Source: an uncultured Christensenella sp. (GTDB taxonomy: Bacteria > Bacillota > Clostridia > Christensenellales > UBA3700). Taken from it: a stretch of 64,000 nt of DNA. Numbering within the stretch: the first letter of the stretch is position 1; the number at the start of each line of letters is the position of its first letter. This document shows positions 46,578-55,388 of the stretch, piece after piece. Where the stretch lies: contig CAJTPC010000001.1 in the NCBI GenBank assembly GCA_910578245.1, positions 27,603 through 91,602 of the forward strand, read 5' to 3'. The position numbers were made by a program, and so were the translations under genes. A model generated the notes under the pieces. The model was not told the DNA's origin. It was given only the letters and a program-made list of their open reading frames with translations, and made no database searches.

Positions 46578-47868
46578 CTTTAACCCCCATTAGTCCTTTT
46601 AGCGTTTCATATAAGCCTTGCCATTTATCGGATCCAGGCTTATCTGGTTCTCTTACGACGTCAATACGCAGACTGGCAATTTCGCTATGACTACGCGCCG
46701 TAGCTATCTTAAAGAACATAGGTATATTATTGGTGTAGCCTCTATCCTCGCTACCTATTGCGTAATTATTAATTGAGCCAAGTCCAAGGTAATTCATATC
46801 AACTCGTATCATCATTGCCCATACGAAGAGCTTCTTCACCGCCATTTCGTCAAGCGAATGAAATCTATCGTAATAAAAAAGTAGAGCGCAATAGAAAAGA
46901 TTTACCGCATAACTAAAGCCTACGGAACGTTGATTCTCCTTTTCTTCCAAACACTCTTTGATGATTTGCAAAAACTTTTCACCTTTGCTAATCTCTTTTT
47001 TTAGTTCCTGCAAAAGGTCGTTGTAATACTCGACCATAAGGAAAAAGTCCTTACCTGCGCTAATAGGTTGGTCAATCTGAAAGTAAGGCATTGCCTTATA
47101 GACTCGTTGAGCGTACGTATACGATAAGCTTTGCGAATTTACTCCCTTATATTCGTCGATATCTTGCGCTGTGAAAGGTTTTGCTTTTTCCTTTCTAGCC
47201 CACTTCAATATTCGATATAAATAGTCGGAGAACAACCCTCTTATCTTAGACGGAGAAATATCTTCCCACCGCTTTATCACGTTGGCTTTTTCAAAATCAA
47301 ACTCGCTCATTTCCCGCAAGTGATAAGCCTTTAATAGGTCGTGCGGGTCAAGAGCTCTACCTCGAGTGTTCTGCGAGTCAAACAGTTGAAAAGCTTCCGT
47401 CTGTTCGTCTACTTCCAAGACTACCGCTTCTAAAATCTTATCAAATGCGTAGAGTATGTCTTTTTTCTTCCCCTTGTTAATTGACAGCCATTCTCTAATA
47501 AATCTATCGTTGTCGAAAATATTACTTTGAGATTCGCTATCGCCAAATGGATGCTCTAGTATTTTATTTCTAAAATTCAGGTCAAGCTCATACTTAATCA
47601 AGGACAGCGTAATGAGTCGCTGTTGTCCGTCGACGACCTCTAATTCTTCTTTGTCCTTTGACTTATATAAGATTACAGAGCCAACTCGGTACTTAAAGCC
47701 GTCGTAGTCAGGGCGTTTGCTGTCGGCTATAGCCGTACAAATATCCTCAAGCAAGTCGGACACGTTCTTGCGCGTCCACTTGTAAGGACGTTGATAATCA
47801 GGAATAACTATAGGCTTATTAAGCAGTTCTTCTACCGATACGGGTTTTTCAGGTATGTAATTACTCAT
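46564..47868 (-). CDS. DUF262-domain protein without a nuclease domain (GmrS-like)
   Basis: VIPDYQRPYKWTRKN and VDGQQRLITLSL. The C-terminal ~250 aa are helical-looking with no H-N-H/DUF1524 motif. ATG at 47868 has AAGGAG 6 nt upstream, overlying the WYL stop. The 3' end overlaps the next gene by 14 nt. Confidence 0.75.
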   Translation of the reverse strand: MSNYIPEKPVSVEELLNKPIVIPDYQRPYKWTRKNVSDLLEDICTAIADSKRPDYDGFKYRVGSVILYKSKDKEELEVVDGQQRLITLSLIKYELDLNFRNKILEHPFGDSESQSNIFDNDRFIREWLSINKGKKKDILYAFDKILEAVVLEVDEQTEAFQLFDSQNTRGRALDPHDLLKAYHLREMSEFDFEKANVIKRWEDISPSKIRGLFSDYLYRILKWARKEKAKPFTAQDIDEYKGVNSQSLSYTYAQRVYKAMPYFQIDQPISAGKDFFLMVEYYNDLLQELKKEISKGEKFLQIIKECLEEKENQRSVGFSYAVNLFYCALLFYYDRFHSLDEMAVKKLFVWAMMIRVDMNYLGLGSINNYAIGSEDRGYTNNIPMFFKIATARSHSEIASLRIDVVREPDKPGSDKWQGLYETLKGLMGVKDERN

Positions 47869-47882
47869 ATAACTCCTTGCAA

Positions 47883-48863
47883 TCAATCGTATTTCTTTTT
47901 AGCTTTACTTATGTTTTCCTTGATTTGTTCCCTCAAAGACAAGGGCGAGATAATCTCCACGCTATTGAGGTACTGCATAGCCCAATACTCCATTGCGTAT
48001 GGGCTGGCTTTGACGGTAACGATATGTCTGCCGTCCATCTCTTGTGTCTTGAAGTCGAAGCCAAACCAGTCAACGACTTGGTCAATCATCCATTCGCCTT
48101 CAATGATAAAAGAAATATTTTCAGGTTCATCAGAAAACATATACGGCAACGCTGAAGAAAAACGCTTGTAATCTATACCGTTCTTATAGCCGTCGATAGA
48201 GCGTAAATTTGTTGCGTTGTCTTCCAAAAGCTCTATATTTGTGATTCTATCTAGACGAAAATAGCTTATATGTTGCCACTTTTCTTGATAAGCCATTAAA
48301 AAGTATCTTTGATTGTGAAGTATCATTTGGTAGGGGCTGACGGTATGTATCGCCGAGCGGTGGAACTTCTTGTCCTTGCCGTACTTGTTGTAGTCGAACT
48401 TGATTTTACGGTTTTTCTCTATCGCCTCGTCTATGACCTCAATATTATAAAACAGCGCCACATTCTCCGACTTATTCCAGTCGTTGACGGAATACACATT
48501 CTTTATATGTGATTTGAAATATTTATTAGAAAGCGTAGAAAGTTTCTCTATCAGCGCTTTAGAATGTTTTGCAGTAATATGTTGACTTGCCAGTACGCTG
48601 TCGGAGAGTAAGCGAAGTTCTGAGTCCTCAAACAAACGAGAGTTGAGATATGAGCCTTTCTTGGTTGTTTCCACATCATAGCCTACGTCTTGCAACAAAG
48701 CTATGTTACGCCCTATGGCTTTGCGCTCAATGGTAACATTATACATTAAATCCAACTTGTTGGTTATTTCATCGTGTGTCATTGGATGCGCGCTATCTGT
48801 ATATCTTTCCAAAATCTGCAGTATACGAATAAGCGCAAGTTTCTTTGGCTCAAATGATTGCAT
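47883..48863 (-). CDS. WYL-domain transcriptional regulator (wHTH-WYL-WCX, BrxR/CapW-like)
   Basis: N-terminal winged-HTH (LALIRILQILERYTDSAHPMTHDEITNKL). Central WYL-type beta-barrel segment (KIKFDYNKY...VSPYQMILHNQRYFLMAY...ISYFRLDRITNIELL). 326 aa. Confidence 0.8.
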   Translation of the reverse strand: MQSFEPKKLALIRILQILERYTDSAHPMTHDEITNKLDLMYNVTIERKAIGRNIALLQDVGYDVETTKKGSYLNSRLFEDSELRLLSDSVLASQHITAKHSKALIEKLSTLSNKYFKSHIKNVYSVNDWNKSENVALFYNIEVIDEAIEKNRKIKFDYNKYGKDKKFHRSAIHTVSPYQMILHNQRYFLMAYQEKWQHISYFRLDRITNIELLEDNATNLRSIDGYKNGIDYKRFSSALPYMFSDEPENISFIIEGEWMIDQVVDWFGFDFKTQEMDGRHIVTVKASPYAMEYWAMQYLNSVEIISPLSLREQIKENISKAKKKYD

Positions 48864-48889
48864 ATTGTATCCTCGTTATATTTAGGGGT

Positions 48890-48918
48890 ATTATACAATA
48901 TTTATTGCGCCTAGTCAA
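48890..48918 (-). promoter_or_regulatory. consensus sigma-A promoter of the WYL operon, with a palindrome in the spacer
   Basis: The minus strand reads TTGACT-17 nt-TATAAT, and the -35 box overlaps the stop codon of the upstream protease gene. The spacer contains the 12-bp palindrome CAATAAATATTG (48896-48907). Confidence 0.6.
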
Positions 48919-50185
48919 CATTATATCCTGAAGCAATGCGTATGATATCGTCATAAATCAATATCTCTTTTGCAAGTAATTCTTTGGCGATTGCATCCAA
49001 AAGCGCTTTGTGTTTTGATAAAAGTTCCTTTGCTTCATTATAATATTCATCTAGTAATTGCGTTGCTTTGATTTGATTCTTATCAATCTGAGCATAAGAT
49101 TGACTATCATTATACGCGTCTGTCGTATAGCAGTATTCAAACCCGTGAACACAAATCGACTGCAAATTGTCTTGTATTATTCCCATAGCTTTCTCAACGT
49201 CTTTTGCTACCCCAACGTCTACAATTCCAAATTGCAATTCGCTACCGGCTTTTCCCGCAAGCGCCGTTAAGATTTTGTAGCGTATATCTTCAAAATTCGA
49301 AGTTTTTACTTCTTCTCCAACTCTACATAAACCGCATGCGCCGTCGTATCCGCACCGTCCAATGGCAAGACAACCGACGCTCCTATGAGCAAGCAAATTC
49401 ATTACGGCGTGTCCCGCTTCATGGTAAGCTATAAAAGGCTTAGCCTTATCGTCTTTTGGCAGAGACGCGCGCTCAATCAACACCATAGATATTGCCTCGC
49501 GTATATGGTCAAGCGTTATTTCTGACGCTCCGTCGAACACGGCGCAAATACCCGCCTCGTTGACCACTCTCTCAAGTGTGGCGCAAGAACATTTGCACAA
49601 AATATGAGCTAAAGATTCTGGCTTAACGTCAGGAGATATTCTTTTTGACGCAAGATAATGACGAATTATTTTTACGGAGTCCTCATACGGCGGCGCAGAA
49701 AATTTCAACCTCTTCCCAAATCGTCCGTCGCGCAAAAGTGAGCCTGGCAAATTGTCAATATCGTTGGAAGTAGCTATGACGAACACGTCTGAAGATTGAA
49801 TATCCTCAAGTCCCGTCTGAATAGCCACAAACTCTTCCTTGTTGCAATCTTGTCGCAAATTATCTTCTGCGAACTTATCCATATCGTCAAAAAATATAAT
49901 TGATGGAGCTTCTTTGATAGCATTTTCAAAAGTTACCTTAATTTCATTTACAAATTCGCCGTTTGACTTATTTTTTTTACAATGAAAAACTTTTCTGCCA
50001 CACTGCGAAATAAATGCTTTTGCCATTAGCGTTTTGCCAAGTCCCGGTTCTCCATATAGCAAGATAGCTTTTGGCAAAGCTATACCCAAAGTTTCGTACT
50101 TCTCTCGATTATGTAATGTGTCGCATAGTCGAATCATTTCTTGTTTCTCTAATTCGTATCCGAATATCTTATCAAATTCGTTCAT
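48911..50185 (-). CDS. soluble FtsH-like protein: AAA+ ATPase fused to an M41-type zinc metallopeptidase, with no transmembrane region
   Basis: Walker A GEPGLGKT, Walker B IIFFDDMD, SRH/arginine-finger region ATSNDIDNLPGSLLRDGRFGKR, HEXXH site YHEAGHAV. 424 aa. The N-terminus has no hydrophobic segment. Confidence 0.8.
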   Translation of the reverse strand: MNEFDKIFGYELEKQEMIRLCDTLHNREKYETLGIALPKAILLYGEPGLGKTLMAKAFISQCGRKVFHCKKNKSNGEFVNEIKVTFENAIKEAPSIIFFDDMDKFAEDNLRQDCNKEEFVAIQTGLEDIQSSDVFVIATSNDIDNLPGSLLRDGRFGKRLKFSAPPYEDSVKIIRHYLASKRISPDVKPESLAHILCKCSCATLERVVNEAGICAVFDGASEITLDHIREAISMVLIERASLPKDDKAKPFIAYHEAGHAVMNLLAHRSVGCLAIGRCGYDGACGLCRVGEEVKTSNFEDIRYKILTALAGKAGSELQFGIVDVGVAKDVEKAMGIIQDNLQSICVHGFEYCYTTDAYNDSQSYAQIDKNQIKATQLLDEYYNEAKELLSKHKALLDAIAKELLAKEILIYDDIIRIASGYNVD

Positions 50186-50257
50186 AATAGTTTTCTCCTT
50201 TTTGTTTATTAAAAGTCTAACATACTAATTATCCCAAAAATGTCGCAACACCTTGAA

Positions 50258-50287
50258 AATTAAAAATGCAGGTCATTGCCTGCATTT
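50258..50287. terminator. intrinsic terminator after the VanW gene
   Basis: AAAAATGCAGG-6 nt-CCTGCATTTTT. It abuts the VanW stop codon. Confidence 0.75.
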
Positions 50288-51274
50288 TTACGCGCCTATT
50301 GACGAAGGCTGATAAATCTTATCAAACCATGGGAAATTGCTGTCGGGGGGTTGAGGATTATCGTCTTGCGTAGCTTTCTTGCGAATTATCTTGCCTTGCA
50401 CGGGCAAGTAGTTGTCTTTTCTCAGCTCTTTTTGGAATATTACCTTACCGTCCTTAACGTACTCGATAATAGCTCTTGACTTATATCCTACGGCGCTCTT
50501 TTTAGCAACGGTGTATTCGCCGTCAGCATCGCGTTGCACTTCGCCAGACAATTCTTCCGACCACTCGACAAGAGGCAAAGGCGGTTGTAAAACTTCAGTG
50601 ATTTCGCTGCGCAAATTTATCTTATACGGCAGCGGATGTCCATACACATCGAAGTAAACCTTTTTATTTTTAGTATAACCGTTGACGATTACGTCATAGT
50701 CACTGTCGTTGAGAAGCACCAAATCTATAAACTCGCTGACTGTAGCGTCTTGCGATAAACCGCAATACGACGATGGCAAAGAGTGAGACTGTACTGACTT
50801 CGCTGTCATTCCCGCTCTTATCCAAGAGTTGTAGAGCGTAGTCGATACTTGACAAACTCCACCGCCAACACCCTGAGTATACTCGCCGTTGACGATTACC
50901 TTAGCGTTCTTGTACCCTCTCTCTTCGCTACGCAATCCCACTACGGTATTAAAAGATAGCGTTTCGCCCTTTTTGACTACAATCCAACAAAAGTTACTGC
51001 TTGCCAATGCTACGTTGTGAGCGCGCTCTTCTTTAGAAGTCGAATAATCGGTGTTAAAAGAACTGATAAGTTGCATTTTAGGAGAAAAGCCGTAGGGATT
51101 GGGACTGCTCATAGCGTGAGCGCTCTGCATATTTTGTGCTGCGTATAAGAATACACCGCCTGCTGTAGTAGTTACTAAGGCGACACTGATAATAAATAAA
51201 AATATGCAGATATTTATATTTCTACGGCTTTTCACAATAATATTTTGTGAGCAAGGAATAAATATATACTGCAT
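50288..51274 (-). CDS. VanW-family protein (N-terminal membrane anchor)
   Basis: GGGVCQVSTTLYN motif of the VanW domain, plus an N-terminal TM segment. Confidence 0.8.
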   Translation of the reverse strand: MQYIFIPCSQNIIVKSRRNINICIFLFIISVALVTTTAGGVFLYAAQNMQSAHAMSSPNPYGFSPKMQLISSFNTDYSTSKEERAHNVALASSNFCWIVVKKGETLSFNTVVGLRSEERGYKNAKVIVNGEYTQGVGGGVCQVSTTLYNSWIRAGMTAKSVQSHSLPSSYCGLSQDATVSEFIDLVLLNDSDYDVIVNGYTKNKKVYFDVYGHPLPYKINLRSEITEVLQPPLPLVEWSEELSGEVQRDADGEYTVAKKSAVGYKSRAIIEYVKDGKVIFQKELRKDNYLPVQGKIIRKKATQDDNPQPPDSNFPWFDKIYQPSSIGA

Positions 51275-51294
51275 AATTTTGGTAAGAATAAAGA

Positions 51295-51894
51295 CTAATC
51301 GGGTTGCTGTCCGTCATGGGCTTGCCATTGGCAATCCGTAACTTGCATATTGGAGAATATCGCCTTAAAAGAAGATTCTTCCGGAGAACAAGCGTAAATG
51401 CCAAACTTTATTTTCCCATTACCTTTGCTCATATGGCATATTCGCATTTGATTGAAAGTTACCCCGTCTGTCGAATATTCGATACGATAATCGTCTTCTC
51501 TTCGACTAAACCGATACCACATTGATTTTACGGAAGCGTCTATAACGGTCGTAGCCCAGTCGGAATACCCGTCATTGGTAACTACGCTCCCCAAATGTTG
51601 ATAGGTATCGTTTTCATACTCGACAGAAGCCTTCAACCAGTTTTCACTATCTAGATACATCACTATACCGCACTGATCGAATCTACGCTTGCTTTCGTCA
51701 AACTGAGTTTTGACGACAAAGCTGAAATATTTTTCCTCCGTTTGGATTTGCAATACGGGCGCATTGTCATTTTGAAAATGGTAATACGTTCTCTGCCATA
51801 AATCAGTATGAGGCTTAGTAATTATCTCTATACTGTCATCTTTAATTGTATAATCTAACGGCTTTCTAGTCCATTCAAGAGCATTTATATTCAT
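51295..51894 (-). CDS. DUF1349-family protein (concanavalin-like fold)
   Basis: WTRKPLDYTI.DD.I.I.T.PHTDLWQRTYY is typical of DUF1349. Confidence 0.7.
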   Translation of the reverse strand: MNINALEWTRKPLDYTIKDDSIEIITKPHTDLWQRTYYHFQNDNAPVLQIQTEEKYFSFVVKTQFDESKRRFDQCGIVMYLDSENWLKASVEYENDTYQHLGSVVTNDGYSDWATTVIDASVKSMWYRFSRREDDYRIEYSTDGVTFNQMRICHMSKGNGKIKFGIYACSPEESSFKAIFSNMQVTDCQWQAHDGQQPD

Positions 51895-51905
51895 AGATTA
51901 TACTC

Positions 51906-52568
51906 CTAAGCAAAATTCAAACCTATCGATTTGAGCGTTTCGTATAATTCATTTGGCGAACTGACAATAATCTTTGCTCCCGCTTGAACGAGCTGCGCAT
52001 GAGTTCTAAAGCCCCAGTCCACAGCTATCAAAGTCATTGCGCAATTACTTGCAAACTCGCAGTCGACTTCGCTGTCGCCTACGTATATTATGCCATCGCT
52101 GGCAAGATTATTTTCTTGACAGGCAATATCGAACAATTCTCTATTTGGCTTGGCGGGAATATCATCGCGAGAGCCGTATACCCCATCGAATAAATCGCCG
52201 AAAAACTTCCTCGCCAAGTCCTTTGTCGCGCCATCGTATTTATTGGAAATCAATACAAGTTTGTAACCCTCTTGCTTTAAGTTGCGCAAAAGCTCAAGTA
52301 TGCCGTCAAACGGCTTGGTAGTATCGGCTTTATGCATATCGTAATGTTCCTTAAAAATCTCTCGGCATCTGTCAAGTTGCTCTTCGTCATTGCAATGCAT
52401 AAGTTCGCGAAGTAAGTTGCGTATGCCGTGACCTATTGCCATACGCACGGTTTCCAAGTTTTGCGTGGGATATCCCAATTCTTTCAATGCGTAATTAGCC
52501 GACTTTACCAAATCGGGAAGAGTGTTCAGCACAGTGCCGTCTAAATCAAAAAATACTGCCTTTTTCAT
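51906..52568 (-). CDS. HAD-IA hydrolase (phosphoglycolate phosphatase-like)
   Basis: AVFFDLDGTVLNT motif I, ISNK motif II, GDSEVD motif IV. Confidence 0.8.
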   Translation of the reverse strand: MKKAVFFDLDGTVLNTLPDLVKSANYALKELGYPTQNLETVRMAIGHGIRNLLRELMHCNDEEQLDRCREIFKEHYDMHKADTTKPFDGILELLRNLKQEGYKLVLISNKYDGATKDLARKFFGDLFDGVYGSRDDIPAKPNRELFDIACQENNLASDGIIYVGDSEVDCEFASNCAMTLIAVDWGFRTHAQLVQAGAKIIVSSPNELYETLKSIGLNFA

Positions 52569-52575
52569 ACGTACC

Positions 52576-53178
52576 TTATCTCTTATTAACTATTAACAAC
52601 GCGTATCCGTCTTTTATTTCTATCTCGCAATCTTTATCAAGCAATTCATTGCTTACCCCAATAGGAAAAGTATTCTTAAGCGTAGCGTCTACAAGCGGGT
52701 ACTTGCCGTTCTTGATATATACTCCCTTTGTCATATCGAAAGAAAATAGCGAAAAAATCTGTCCTTTACTCCCGCCGATTGTCTTTCTGCCCGTAATTAC
52801 TTCGGCTACGCAATCTTTACCGATTAGTTTTACTTGAACGCCTTTTTTTGCAAAATCGTAAGCGCACTGAAGATTGGCGAGCGTGTGGTCAAGTCTACCG
52901 CCCAACGCTCCGTATACTATAAATTCGTCATAGCCTCTGCCCAACGCTTCTTCAAATGCAAGATACGTATCGGTATAGTCCTTAATTGGGTTGTGTCGCA
53001 AAGTAGCAATTCCCTCGGGAAGATACCCAAGGGAATCAAAATCGCCTACGGCGAGGTCTACTCGACACAAATCTTTTATAAATGCGTAACCGCCGTCAAC
53101 GGCAATTACGAAATCTTGCGTATCGACGCAAAACTCTTCCGAGGAAAATTCTCCGTTGCATACAAATACGCATCTCAT
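52576..53178 (-). CDS. thiN: thiamine diphosphokinase
   Basis: VIAVDGG...AVGDFDS...KD.TD pattern and a C-terminal thiamine-binding beta domain. 200 aa. Confidence 0.7.
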   Translation of the reverse strand: MRCVFVCNGEFSSEEFCVDTQDFVIAVDGGYAFIKDLCRVDLAVGDFDSLGYLPEGIATLRHNPIKDYTDTYLAFEEALGRGYDEFIVYGALGGRLDHTLANLQCAYDFAKKGVQVKLIGKDCVAEVITGRKTIGGSKGQIFSLFSFDMTKGVYIKNGKYPLVDATLKNTFPIGVSNELLDKDCEIEIKDGYALLIVNKR

Positions 53179-53181
53179 AGC

Positions 53182-54423
53182 TTACGCTTGCTCGCTCCCG
53201 TCTGCGCTTTGGCTCTTGGGCGGACAAACCTGTCTAAACATTTTTTCAAGTTCTTGTTTGCTCATAAACTTGGGGACCGGATAAAGCGGATGCGCTTCGC
53301 TGTAGGCTCTGTCAACCATAGTAGGCAAGTCTTTCTCTTCTACTACGCCCTCTATCTTTTCCGGTATGTTCATAGCCTTATTCATATCCTTGATTGCCTC
53401 TATAAACTTCTTTGCCTTTGCCTCATCGCTTTCGCCGTCAATACCGACTACGGTCGCAAGTTTAGCAAGCTTTTTGTAAATGCTGCTACCGAACCAATCA
53501 AGTATATGCGGTAAGATAACCGAGTTGGCCAATCCGTGCGGAGTGTGATAAAAACCGCCCATGGTATGCGCCATTGCGTGCACGTAGCCAACGTACGCTC
53601 TGGTAAACGCCGCGCCGGCATAATACGCGCCTTTCAACATATTCTCTCGCGCTTCTAAATTAGCGCCATCGTTGTAGGCAGTAACGAGGTTGTCGAAAAT
53701 GAGTTTGACAGCTTTTTCCGCGTCTGCCTTGGTCTGCTTGGTGTTGCCCTTGCCGATATACGCCTCGACTGCGTGCGTCAAAGCGTCCATACCCGTCGTA
53801 GACGTAATATGCTTTGGAAGCCCCGTAGTCAACGTAGCGTCAAGCAAAGCGTACTCCGGAATGAGCGCGTGGTCGTTGATAGCATACTTCTCGTGCGTCT
53901 GCGAATTGGTGATTACCGCCGCCAAAGTAGTTTCGCTTCCCGTACCTGCCGTCGTGGGGATAGCTACCAAAGTAGGAAGTTTCTTACCTACCTTCAGAAT
54001 ACCTTTCATCTGCGGAATTTGCTTCTTTGGCTTTGCTACTCTTGCGCCTACGGCTTTCGCGCAGTCCATAGACGAACCGCCTCCAAGCGCGATAATACAA
54101 TTACACTTCTCGTCTTTGTATACTTGCAAAGCCTGCTCTACTATATCAATCGTAGGATTGGGACATACCTCGCTGAAAACGGCGCAATGCAAACCTATCT
54201 CATTACAAGCGTCAATAATAGGCTGCGGCATACCAAGTTTCATGAGCATAGGGTCGGTGACGAGCAAAACGCTGTCAAGTCCCTTGTCTTTGATAAACTT
54301 GGGCAAGTCTGCTATACCGCCCTCGAACTTGAGAAGTTGAGGTTGGCGCCATTTCAAAAAAGGCGAAACAATATATATCGTCTTTTGATAAGTTCTGTAC
54401 CATGCTTTTTGGAAAATATTCAT
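53182..54423 (-). CDS. iron-containing (group III) alcohol dehydrogenase
   Basis: IALGGGSSMDCAKA, PTTAGTGSE, and metal histidines in HAMAHTMGGFYHTPHG. ATG at 54423 has a GGAGAG RBS. Confidence 0.85.
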   Translation of the reverse strand: MNIFQKAWYRTYQKTIYIVSPFLKWRQPQLLKFEGGIADLPKFIKDKGLDSVLLVTDPMLMKLGMPQPIIDACNEIGLHCAVFSEVCPNPTIDIVEQALQVYKDEKCNCIIALGGGSSMDCAKAVGARVAKPKKQIPQMKGILKVGKKLPTLVAIPTTAGTGSETTLAAVITNSQTHEKYAINDHALIPEYALLDATLTTGLPKHITSTTGMDALTHAVEAYIGKGNTKQTKADAEKAVKLIFDNLVTAYNDGANLEARENMLKGAYYAGAAFTRAYVGYVHAMAHTMGGFYHTPHGLANSVILPHILDWFGSSIYKKLAKLATVVGIDGESDEAKAKKFIEAIKDMNKAMNIPEKIEGVVEEKDLPTMVDRAYSEAHPLYPVPKFMSKQELEKMFRQVCPPKSQSADGSEQA

Positions 54424-54506
54424 AATTCTCTCCTTATATCGCAAACGCGAAAAATCTATGATTTAATTATATATTACTAGCCCATAAAAGTCAATTGATT
54501 ACCGTA

Positions 54507-55388
54507 TTACAAAAATTCGGCTTTAGACGAAAAAGTCATTGATTTTCCGCTTATCGGGTGGACAAACTCAAGCGCGCAAGAATGCAAAGCCTGTCTGTCC
54601 AAACGCTTGCCGTTGGGACAAACTATCGGCTTGGAGTTGGGATTGTACAACTTATCGCAACATAGCGGATAGCCTAAATGCGAAATATGCACTCTTATTT
54701 GATGCGTTCTGCCCGTCTTTAATACGAACTTTGCGGAAAAATAATCGCTGTACTGCTCCAATATCCGATACTGCGTTACGGCATTATCTCCACTTGGAAC
54801 GACTTGACGGCGCAGACCTTCGCCAACGCGTTTTATCGGCAAGTCTATCTCTCCGCTTTTCTCTCCTACGAATACGCCGCTGCAAAGCGCAACGTACTCT
54901 CTATGAATATGCTCCGCCGAAAGCATAGAATGCGCAAGTTGATTCTTGGCGACTATCATTAGCCCCGACGTATCTCTGTCTAGTCTATTGACGGGACGGT
55001 AGACGAAATCGCCCCAAATATTTGCCAAAGCGTTGACAAGACATCTTCCGTAATGCGCTTTGACGGGAATGACCGCAATGCCTGCCGTCTTATCGATTAC
55101 GGCAAGATCTTCGTCCTCATAAACTATATTTACAGGAATATCGAGTTTGGGTATCGGCGAAATATCTTCATCCGCCAGATATATGCAAAAGCTCTCGCCT
55201 TGCGACAGCGTATCAATAAGCCTTATGGGTATCTCCTCGCCGTCTGAAATTCTGCATACAAGCCCCATAGCCTTTCTCAGCGCAACGCATATGGACGAAG
55301 ATATGCCCTTAAACTTGAGTATATCCTCAACTTTGCCGTCAAAGGGCGCAACGTAGCAAATTCGCCTTTTCATTATTCGCCGTCCCAT
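54507..55388 (-). CDS. RluA-family pseudouridine synthase
   Basis: PVNRLDRDTSGLMIVAK catalytic-Asp motif and GRTHQIRVH. An alternative start at 55373 (MKRRI) overlaps the upstream stop in TAATG. Confidence 0.85.
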   Translation of the reverse strand: MGRRIMKRRICYVAPFDGKVEDILKFKGISSSICVALRKAMGLVCRISDGEEIPIRLIDTLSQGESFCIYLADEDISPIPKLDIPVNIVYEDEDLAVIDKTAGIAVIPVKAHYGRCLVNALANIWGDFVYRPVNRLDRDTSGLMIVAKNQLAHSMLSAEHIHREYVALCSGVFVGEKSGEIDLPIKRVGEGLRRQVVPSGDNAVTQYRILEQYSDYFSAKFVLKTGRTHQIRVHISHLGYPLCCDKLYNPNSKPIVCPNGKRLDRQALHSCALEFVHPISGKSMTFSSKAEFL

